A DNA stretch of 12,388 nucleotides from Opitutaceae bacterium. GTDB taxonomy: Bacteria; Verrucomicrobiota; Verrucomicrobiia; Opitutales; Opitutaceae. The notes beneath the pieces were generated by a model. The model ran no database searches. It was not told the origin of the DNA and saw only the letters and a program-made list of their open reading frames with translations. Position numbers and translations under genes: made by a program. Every line of letters starts with the position of its first letter. Position 1 is the first letter of the stretch. The DNA lies in the NCBI GenBank assembly GCA_031282705.1, contig JAITDF010000626.1, positions 1-12,388 on the forward strand, written 5' to 3'. Of the stretch, positions 1 to 5,546 are shown piece after piece.

Positions 1-3
1 TTA

Positions 4-114
4 TTAAACCGCAGATGAACTTATTGAACCGCATATGAACACGGATAAAAACGGATAACAACTTCCGAAACGACGGTTTGGATCCGTGTTTATCTGCGTT
101 CATCCGCGGTTTAA
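4..114. repeat. AT-rich composite palindrome at the window edge. Outer inverted repeat ttaaaccgcRgatgaac at 4-20 and 98-114 (16/17 match). Inner perfect 9-bp inverted repeat aacacggat at 38-46 and atccgtgtt at 82-90. Direct repeats of aaccgcaKatgaac at 7-20 and 27-40, and of cggataa at 42-48 and 52-58.
   Basis: I compared the forward and reverse-complement sequence by eye. Local GC is near 45% against roughly 68% for the rest of the window. TTATCCG-type motifs (DnaA-box-like, 6-7 of 9 matches) are present in both orientations. Confidence 0.6.
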
Positions 115-280
115 TTTCATGGTTCGATAAAACATCACTCCGCCGGGGATGCACAATCCTCCCCTGTCGGTTTCCTTTGGGCACCACCCGATGCGGCTTT
201 GCCCGGGCCGGCGGCGGCGGCGGTCTTCCGGTTTCCCGCCGGTTCTGAACGGGCGCAAGGGGCAATGGCAAAAGATGGCA

Positions 281-297
281 GGGCAATTTATTGGCCC
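281..297. repeat. Imperfect palindrome gggcaatttattggccc about 50 bp 3' of the lipoprotein gene end. It is the reverse-complement relative of the palindrome at 7108-7127.
   Basis: GGGCAAT-TTA-ATTG(G)CCC stem-loop with one bulged G. The same core sequence recurs at 7108-7127 in the opposite orientation. No clear 3' U-tract, so this is not a classic intrinsic terminator. Confidence 0.45.
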
Positions 298-343
298 GCC
301 ACGAAGGGGCTGACGCCTTATCCCGCCTCCGTGCGCGCGGGCG

Positions 344-1459
344 CTAGCGGAGGTCGTAACGCAAAAGCGGGGCGCGCGGTTTTTCCTCGGTGACAAAGAT
401 GGCGCGGGAGTCGCGGGAAAAACAGGCGGCTTCGGCCTGGCCGAGGTTGTGCGGCGGCAGGATGACGGGTTCGCGGGCCAGCGCGGCGGACCAGCTTTCG
501 CCGGCACGGCGCGGGAAAAGGAGCGTGTCGCCGTAGGTGAGCACGACCGCAGCGCTGCCGTCGGCGGCAAAATCCATCGCCGTGGGCTGCCCGCGGTATC
601 GTCCGGCCGGAATCGGGAAAAGACGCTGCTTCGAGTCGGGCTGGGGAAGGTGCGCGACGGCACCGTGAAAAACAACGACAGGGGCCGCGCCGGCGGCGGA
701 AGCGCCGTTGACGGGGACTCCGGCGGCGGGAGTGCCGGCGAGGGTGCCGTCGGCAGCAGCGCCGGCGCCGGCGGCTGGGCTGCCGCCGCTGCCGCTGCCG
801 CCGGCGCCGCTGCTACCGCTGCCGCTGCCGGTGCCGCCGGCGGGGCGGAGCGGGAGCGAGGCGAGGCGGTTGGGGTTTTCTCGTTTTATGAGGAGCCATG
901 CCCGGCCTTCGCGGGCGTCAACGGCCACGGATTCGCAGTCGTGCGGGCCGTCGGGATAGCGCACGGGAATGCTCCAGGCGACGGCGGCGGTGAGTTCGCG
1001 CGCGGGGGAGAGCGCGGCGGGATCGGGCTCGGCGATGACATGCAGGGCGCAATCGCGGCGGACTGTGCCGTTGTCGCCGGTGTCGGCGATGAGCAGCCAG
1101 GCGCGTCCGTCGAGTTCGAAGGAGGCGATGTCCTCCCAGTCGATGTTGCGGACGCCGGCGACGCGCACCGAGCCGAGGAACCGTCCGTCGGTGGCGATGG
1201 CGTAGAGCACGGGTTCGCCGTCGCTGTCGTTGTGCGTCCACAGGAGGCTGTCGGCGCGGCGCGAGGGGGCGAGACCGCTGGCTTCGTTGATGACGGGATG
1301 GGCGATCACGCCGGCCTGGACGAGCGTCGCCGGCGGTCGGGAGCAGGCCGGAAGGAGGGCGAGGAGAAACGCGGAGATGAGGAGGGCGCCTCGTCTTGTA
1401 TTAAAATGTGCGCGTGCCGGCATGGTCGGAGGGTTTTTTAAGGGAGGTTTTAAAAACAT
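344..1459 (-). CDS. Predicted lipoprotein with a YjiK/SdiA-regulated-type (phytase-like) beta-propeller domain and a Gly/Ser/Ala-rich low-complexity linker.
   Basis: 371-aa ORF with GC-biased third codon positions. The N-terminus MPARAHFNTRRGALLISAFLLALLPAC is a signal peptide with a lipobox cysteine. The motifs INEASGL...LWTHNDSDG...DWEDIA...LLIADTGDNG match the pattern of the SdiA-regulated/YjiK beta-propeller family. An alternative start at the second Met (coordinate 1423) is possible. Confidence 0.6.
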   Translation of the reverse strand: MFLKPPLKNPPTMPARAHFNTRRGALLISAFLLALLPACSRPPATLVQAGVIAHPVINEASGLAPSRRADSLLWTHNDSDGEPVLYAIATDGRFLGSVRVAGVRNIDWEDIASFELDGRAWLLIADTGDNGTVRRDCALHVIAEPDPAALSPARELTAAVAWSIPVRYPDGPHDCESVAVDAREGRAWLLIKRENPNRLASLPLRPAGGTGSGSGSSGAGGSGSGGSPAAGAGAAADGTLAGTPAAGVPVNGASAAGAAPVVVFHGAVAHLPQPDSKQRLFPIPAGRYRGQPTAMDFAADGSAAVVLTYGDTLLFPRRAGESWSAALAREPVILPPHNLGQAEAACFSRDSRAIFVTEEKPRAPLLRYDLR

Positions 1460-1489
1460 TGGAATCGGGTGGATGGTGGATGGTCGGAA

Positions 1490-1518
1490 ATTATACCAAT
1501 TTCAAAGGGGATTCCAAC
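1490..1518 (-). promoter_or_regulatory. Candidate sigma70-type promoter for the lipoprotein gene. The -35 element is TTGGAA (reverse complement of 1513-1518), followed by a 17-bp spacer and a perfect -10 element TATAAT (reverse complement of 1490-1495).
   Basis: Read directly on the minus strand as ttggaa-N17-tataat, about 30 nt upstream of the ATG at 1459. Confidence 0.35.
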
Positions 1519-1553
1519 TTCAGTCAGGGACGGCTCGCCGAGCCATGTGCGTT

Positions 1554-1590
1554 GCGATGGTTTTGGGAAAATGGGAGGCATGGGAGACAA
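1554..1590. repeat. Motif block gYgRtggttttgggaaaatgggaggcatgggagacaaa. This is the first copy of a roughly 30-bp direct repeat that is also found at 1748-1779, and it contains TGGGAG units.
   Basis: Direct comparison of 1554-1585 with 1748-1779 gives about 27/31 identical positions. Confidence 0.7.
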
Positions 1591-1591
1591 A

Positions 1592-1709
1592 GTAGGGCAA
1601 GCGTCCCGCTTGCCTGACGGCGCGCACAGCGCGCCGCCCCCGAAGCGCGCCGCCCCCGAAGCGGCGGGAGCATCCTGCTCCCGTCAGGCAAGCGGGACGC
1701 TTGCCCTAC
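1592..1709. repeat. Perfect 29-bp inverted repeat. The arms are gtagggcaagcgtcccgcttgcctgacgg at 1592-1620 and its exact reverse complement at 1681-1709. The 60-bp spacer carries a 17-bp tandem duplication gcgcgccgcccccgaag (1629-1645 and 1646-1661) and a small hairpin cgcgc-aca-gcgcg. Each arm also contains an internal palindrome ggcaagcg/cgcttgcc.
   Basis: The exact reverse-complement match was verified base by base. The element is 118 bp in total and lies in the 430-bp divergent intergenic region between the lipoprotein gene and polB. Confidence 0.9.
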
Positions 1710-1770
1710 GCTCCAGTTCGGGGGCTTGCTCTCCGTGCCATCCATGCCGCGGTGGTTTTGGGAAAATAGG

Positions 1771-1830
1771 AGATATGGGAGGCATGGGAGAAATGGGAGA
1801 GATGGGAAAATGGGAGAGATGGGAGGCATG
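1771..1830 (+). repeat. Tandem array of about 7 units of ATGGGAG(R)(N) with a period of 8-9 bp: atgggaggc atgggagaa atgggagag atgggaaaa tgggagag atgggaggc.
   Basis: Read directly from the sequence. The same unit also occurs at 1571-1587 and 4676-4697. Confidence 0.85.
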
Positions 1831-1888
1831 ACGTTTCGTCGCCCGGCCTTGGTTTGACCTCGCCGGGTTTCGTCCTTTCATCCGATTC

Positions 1889-4573
1889 GTGATCCACCAA
1901 CCCATGCCAGCAAAGACAAGCGTCCCGGACACGACAACGCCCGCCGCCACCACCGCTGCCGCCGCCACCGGGTCCGCCGCCACCGGGCCTGCCGTCGCCG
2001 GGCCTGCCGCCGAGGCTGCGCTTTGCGGCGTGTGGATCGACGACGAGGGGCGCGCGCATCTCGCGTTCGCGCGCGACGACGGGGGGCGCGAGGTGCGGGT
2101 GGAGGAGGGTTTCCGTCCGTTCGCGTGGCTCACCACACCCGCCGCCGGCACGTCAGCCGCCGCCGCGGGCGCGTCAGCCGGCACCGGCGAGGGCGCCGCC
2201 GGCGAGGGCGTCGCCGGCGAGGGCGGTGTCGGCGAGGGTGACGCCGGCATGGGCGCGCGCCGCATGGGCGCGGGCCGTGCGGGCACGGGCGGCGCGGCGG
2301 AAGGCGTGGAAATCGAGAGCTTGAGGGGCGGCGGGGTGTTCACGCGGCTCGCCCATGCGGCGGGGCGCGGGGTTTACGAGGATTTTCTGGCGGCGGCGAA
2401 AAAGGCGTCCGCCGGCGCGGATGTGCTGCGTCCGCTGGAGAACCAGTTTTTGCTGCAACGGCGGTGGCGGTTGTTTGGCGACATGGCGTTTCACCAGTTG
2501 CGCCGCTGCCAGCTCGACATCGAGACGGCGTCCCCGGCGGAGGGCGGGTTCAGCGACGCGGCGCGGCCCGGCGACCGGGTGCTGGCCATCGGGCTGCAAT
2601 TCAGCGGCGGCGCGGCGCCGGGCGCGGGGGCGCCGGACGCGGCAGCGGGCGCGGGCGCGGCGGAGGCAGGCGCGAGAGTGGCTGCAAGCGCGGCGGAGGC
2701 AGCAGGCGCAGGCGCAGCGTCGGGCGTGACGGCGGGCGCGGGGACGGGCGCGGGCGTAACGCCGGGCGGTGCGCCCGGCACGGCGCCGGGCGCGGTGCGG
2801 CGGCGCATGCTCGTGCTGGAGGCGATGACGGACGAGGCGGAGCGGGCGCTGCTGGAGCGGCTGAACGACGCGTTGCGCGAGGAGGACCCGGACGTGATCG
2901 AGGGGCACAACATTTTCAAGTTCGACCTCGACTATCTGCGGCAGCGCGCGCGGCGGCTGAAGGTGCCGTGCGCGTGGGGGCGTTTCGGGCAGCCGGCGTC
3001 GTTTCGCAACAGCCGCCTGAAGGTCGCCGAGCGCTGGGTGGATTTCCCGCGCTGCGACCTGCCGGGGCGCGCGGTGATCGACACGTATCTGCTGGTGCAG
3101 TTGCACGACATCACGGCGCGCGAGCTTACGGGCTACGGGCTCAAGGAGGCGGCGGTTTATTTCGGCGTGACCGACGAGGACGCGGCGGAGCACGGCGGGC
3201 GCACTTACCTGGCGGGCGACAAAATCCACGCGGCCTACGCGCACGACCGCGCGGCGTTCCTCGCCTATCTGGCGGACGATTTGCGCGAGACGAAGGGGGT
3301 GGCGGATTTGCTGCTGCCGACGTATTTCGAGCAGGCGCGGGCGTTTCCGGTTTTGTTGCAGGACGCGACGCTGCGCGGCACCACGGTGAAGATCGACCTG
3401 CTGTTCCTGGAGGAATATTACCATGCGCGGCAGGCCTGCCCCGCGCCGGTGGAGGTGGCGGCGTTCGCGGGCGGCTACACGCGCAGTTTCAAGGAGGGGG
3501 TGTTCCGGCACGTGCTGCATTTCGACGTGGCGTCGCTTTACCCGAGCCTGCTGCTGCTCATCGGGCGCAATCCCGCCGGCGACACGCTCGGCGTGTTCAT
3601 CCCGTTGCTGCGGCGGTTGCGCGACTACCGCCTGAAATACAAGCAGCTCGCGCGCACCGCCGCGACCGGGGAGCTGCGCGCGGAGTATCAGGCGCGGCAG
3701 GCGGCGTTCAAGATACTCATCAACTCGTTTTACGGCTACCTGGGTTTCGCCGGCGCGCGCTTCGGCGACGGGGCGCTGGCGGCGGAGGTCACGCGGCGGG
3801 GGCGCGATTTGTTGCAGGCGCTCATCGACGCGTTCGCGGCGCGCGGGTGCGTGATTCTGGAGGCCGACACCGACGGGATTTACCTGGCGTCGGAGCGGCA
3901 TTTCGGGAATCCGGGGGCGTTGTTGCGCGAGGTGGCGGGGGTGCTGCCGGAGGGCATCGAGCTGGAGCACGACGGGAGCTACGACGCGATGTTTTGCTAC
4001 AAGTCGAAAAACTACGCGCTGCGCGACGGCAAACGGATCATCATCCGCGGCTCGGCGCTGCGTTCGCGGGGCATCGAGCCGTTTTTGAAAAAACTCAACG
4101 ACCGGCTGATTCGTTTCCTGCTGGGGGCGGAGGGGGAGTCGCCGGTGGAGCTGGCGCGGCGGTTGCAGCGCGGCCTGGCGGAGCGTTCGCTGCCGGTGGC
4201 GGAGCTGGCGAAGTCGGAGGTGCTCGGGCAAAACCCGGAGGCTTACGAGCGGTTTGTCGCGGGCGGGGGCAAGCCGCGTCGGGCGGCGGCGGAGGCGGCG
4301 TTGCAGGCGAGCCCGCGTCCGCGCATGGGCGAGCGGGTGAGCTACTATATCACCGCGCGGGAAGGGGGCCGGGGCAACGACTGGCAGCGGGCGCGTCCGG
4401 TGGCGTTGTTTGACGCGGACACGGCGCCGTATGATCCGGGGTATTACGCGAAGAAGCTCGCGGACTGGGTGGAGCGCTACGGTGCGTTTCTCGGGGTGGA
4501 CAAGCTGCCGCCGGTGGATTTCGGCCCGCCGCCCAAGGCGCCGGGTGGCGGAGGGCAGGGGGAGCTGTGGTGA
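1889..4573 (+). CDS. polB: Family-B DNA polymerase of the DNA polymerase II type, with a 3'-5' exonuclease domain and Gly/Ala/Glu-rich low-complexity inserts.
   Basis: 894-aa ORF. Exo I motif LDIETAS (D210/E212, nt 2516-2527). Exo II motif GHNIFKFDLDYL. Exo III motif YLADDLRE. Polymerase motif A FDVASLYPSLL (about nt 3521-3550). Motif B KILINSFYGYLG. Motif C LEADTDGIYL. KxY-region KSKNYAL. The N-terminal segment (ENQFLLQRRWRLFGDM...QLDIET) aligns with E. coli Pol II. The start is a GTG at 1889; an alternative ATG lies at 1904. The stop is TGA at 4571-4573. Confidence 0.88.
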   Translation: MIHQPMPAKTSVPDTTTPAATTAAAATGSAATGPAVAGPAAEAALCGVWIDDEGRAHLAFARDDGGREVRVEEGFRPFAWLTTPAAGTSAAAAGASAGTGEGAAGEGVAGEGGVGEGDAGMGARRMGAGRAGTGGAAEGVEIESLRGGGVFTRLAHAAGRGVYEDFLAAAKKASAGADVLRPLENQFLLQRRWRLFGDMAFHQLRRCQLDIETASPAEGGFSDAARPGDRVLAIGLQFSGGAAPGAGAPDAAAGAGAAEAGARVAASAAEAAGAGAASGVTAGAGTGAGVTPGGAPGTAPGAVRRRMLVLEAMTDEAERALLERLNDALREEDPDVIEGHNIFKFDLDYLRQRARRLKVPCAWGRFGQPASFRNSRLKVAERWVDFPRCDLPGRAVIDTYLLVQLHDITARELTGYGLKEAAVYFGVTDEDAAEHGGRTYLAGDKIHAAYAHDRAAFLAYLADDLRETKGVADLLLPTYFEQARAFPVLLQDATLRGTTVKIDLLFLEEYYHARQACPAPVEVAAFAGGYTRSFKEGVFRHVLHFDVASLYPSLLLLIGRNPAGDTLGVFIPLLRRLRDYRLKYKQLARTAATGELRAEYQARQAAFKILINSFYGYLGFAGARFGDGALAAEVTRRGRDLLQALIDAFAARGCVILEADTDGIYLASERHFGNPGALLREVAGVLPEGIELEHDGSYDAMFCYKSKNYALRDGKRIIIRGSALRSRGIEPFLKKLNDRLIRFLLGAEGESPVELARRLQRGLAERSLPVAELAKSEVLGQNPEAYERFVAGGGKPRRAAAEAALQASPRPRMGERVSYYITAREGGRGNDWQRARPVALFDADTAPYDPGYYAKKLADWVERYGAFLGVDKLPPVDFGPPPKAPGGGGQGELW
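2186..2245 (+). repeat. Four tandem 15-bp units (ggcgagggcgNNgNc) inside polB encoding (GEGxx)4, that is GEGAA-GEGVA-GEGGV-GEGDA.
   Basis: Unit boundaries read from the sequence are 2186-2200, 2201-2215, 2216-2230 and 2231-2245. They lie in the N-terminal insert of polB between the conserved N-terminal domain and Exo I. Confidence 0.85.
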
Positions 4574-4582
4574 GCGGCGATG

Positions 4583-4612
4583 GGACGCGGAAGCGTCCGC
4601 GTCTCTTTCTCG
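4583..4612 (+). terminator. Candidate intrinsic terminator just 3' of polB. Stem gacgcgga / tccgcgtc (8 bp), loop agcg, followed by a pyrimidine-rich and U-rich tract tctctttctc.
   Basis: The hairpin at 4584-4603 begins 11 nt after the polB stop. The T-tract is interrupted by C residues, which lowers confidence. Confidence 0.45.
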
Positions 4613-4734
4613 TGCGCGTTCCTCGTTCTCGTTCACGTTCTCTTTCCTCTTTCTCTTTCGTCAGGTGCGAGACGGGGATGGGAGAAATGGGAGGGAGGAG
4701 TGAGGAAAGAGAACGAGAACGAGGAACGCGCACG
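4611..4734. repeat. Inverted repeat with perfect 23-bp arms cgtgcgcgttcctcgttctcgtt at 4611-4633 and aacgagaacgaggaacgcgcacg at 4712-4734. Allowing a 6-nt bulge (cacgtt), the arms extend to about 31 bp (left arm to 4647, right arm from 4704). The 56-bp loop contains ggggatgggagaaatgggagggaggag. The left arm sits in a polypyrimidine tract about 57 nt long (4604-4660).
   Basis: The reverse complement was verified base by base. At about 124 bp it is comparable in size and architecture to the 1592-1709 element, and it carries the same ATGGGAG motif. Confidence 0.85.
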
Positions 4735-4774
4735 GCACGCCTGCGCGCTTGACACGCCTGCGCACGGCACGCCT
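4728..4774. repeat. 15-bp direct repeat gcgcacggcacgcct at 4728-4742 and 4760-4774, flanking a consensus TTGACA hexamer at 4749-4754.
   Basis: Read directly from the sequence. No good -10 element was found 16-18 bp downstream of the TTGACA (cctact is the best candidate), so assignment as a promoter is weak. Confidence 0.5.
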
Positions 4775-4829
4775 ACTCCATGCGTCTGCCTGCCTTCCGG
4801 TTTTTGAGTCCGCTGTTTCAGTCCCCCGC

Positions 4830-4881
4830 GCCATCCCGCGCACACCTCCGCCATCCCGCGCCCGCCCGCGCCATCCCGCGC
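4830..4881 (+). repeat. Three copies of gccatcccgcgc at an exact 20-bp spacing (4830-4841, 4850-4861, 4870-4881), ending 19 bp upstream of the nfeD-like start codon.
   Basis: Positions counted directly. The regular two-helical-turn phasing suggests same-face binding sites for a regulator. Confidence 0.8.
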
Positions 4882-4900
4882 CCGCCGCCGCCCTCTTCTC

Positions 4901-5482
4901 ATGACACACTCCATCTTCGCCTTCATCCTCGCCGACTGGTGGAATTCGCTGCCGCTCGCCTGCCGGATTTTTTACGGCATCGCCGTTGTCGCGGCGCTGT
5001 TCGTCACCCTGCTCACCGTGCTCTCGATGACGGGCATCGGGGACGACGTGGAACTGGACGCCGACATCGCGGACAGCGGCGCGAGTTTTTTCTCCACCAA
5101 ACCCCTCGCCGGCTTCCTGTTCGCGTTTGGGTGGGCGGGCGGGACCGCCATCAGCGCGGGGCTCGGCGTGGTCCCGGCCACGCTGCTCGCCATCGTCGCG
5201 GGCCTGGCCGTGATGGCCGCGATTTTCTGGCTGCTCCAGCTCATACAACGGCTGAAAGTTGACGGCACGATTCGCAAGGAGGACGCCGTCGGGAAAGTCG
5301 TCACCGTCTATGTCTCCGTGCCGCCGGGCAACCAGGGCGGCGGGCAGGTGACGGTGCCCTTCGACGGACGCACGCTCACCCTTGGCGCGATGCAAACCGG
5401 CGCGGCGCCCATCGCCTCCGGAGCGAAGGTGCGGATTCTCCGCTACATCGACAGCGGCACGGTGGAGGTCGCCCCGCTCTGA
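4901..5482 (+). CDS. NfeD-like membrane protein of the YqiJ/YuaF type. It has N-terminal transmembrane helices and a C-terminal OB-fold beta domain.
   Basis: 193 aa. The hydrophobic segments IFYGIAVVAALFVTLLTVL, LAGFLFAFGWAGG and LLAIVAGLAVMAAIFWLL are followed by VGKVVTVYVSVPPGNQGGGQVTVPFDGRTLTLGA...AKVRILRYIDSGTVEVAPL, which is typical of the NfeD C-terminal domain. The gene lies immediately upstream of a flotillin-like gene, which is the canonical pairing. Confidence 0.75.
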   Translation: MTHSIFAFILADWWNSLPLACRIFYGIAVVAALFVTLLTVLSMTGIGDDVELDADIADSGASFFSTKPLAGFLFAFGWAGGTAISAGLGVVPATLLAIVAGLAVMAAIFWLLQLIQRLKVDGTIRKEDAVGKVVTVYVSVPPGNQGGGQVTVPFDGRTLTLGAMQTGAAPIASGAKVRILRYIDSGTVEVAPL

Positions 5483-5546
5483 GCCGGCGCGCCGCATTAA
5501 CAACATCGGCTTTATAAACACCACCACTCACACCACCAGCAGCCTT

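Noticed and set aside
100-1441. ORFs at 100-675 (minus), 199-393 (plus) and 449-1441 (plus) overlapping the lipoprotein gene.
   Set aside because: They have low-complexity or Arg-rich translations and no signal peptide or domain. The 344-1459 minus frame encodes a coherent lipoprotein with a beta-propeller.
1771-1830. ATGGGAG tandem array as a CRISPR array.
   Set aside because: The units are 8-9 bp with no spacers, far below CRISPR repeat and spacer lengths, and there are no cas genes in the window.
1469-1831. 120-aa ORF ending in MGGMGEMGEMGKWERWEA, and related small ORFs at 4567-4807.
   Set aside because: These are translation artefacts of the ATGGGAG tandem repeat. Each unit contains ATG followed by GGAG. 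They span the perfect inverted repeat and lack coding-like codon usage.
1889-4573. polB as part of a pipolin or casposon-type self-replicating mobile element.
   Set aside because: There is no integrase or Cas1 gene, no long terminal inverted repeats and no tRNA integration site in the window. The N-terminal region aligns with chromosomal Pol II rather than protein-primed or primer-independent PolB, and the flanking genes are housekeeping.
2174-4636. 820-aa ORF on the minus strand, antisense to polB, together with a 649-aa plus-strand ORF at 2464-4413 in another frame.
   Set aside because: Both are Arg/Gly/Pro-rich low-complexity translations with no recognisable domain, and they overlap a polB frame that has every catalytic motif. 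They are the usual long spurious ORFs of high-GC DNA.
4749-4754. Consensus TTGACA as the nfeD promoter -35 element.
   Set aside because: There is no acceptable -10 hexamer at 16-18 bp spacing (cctact is the best candidate), and it lies 150 bp from the start codon. It is reported only as a motif flanked by direct repeats.
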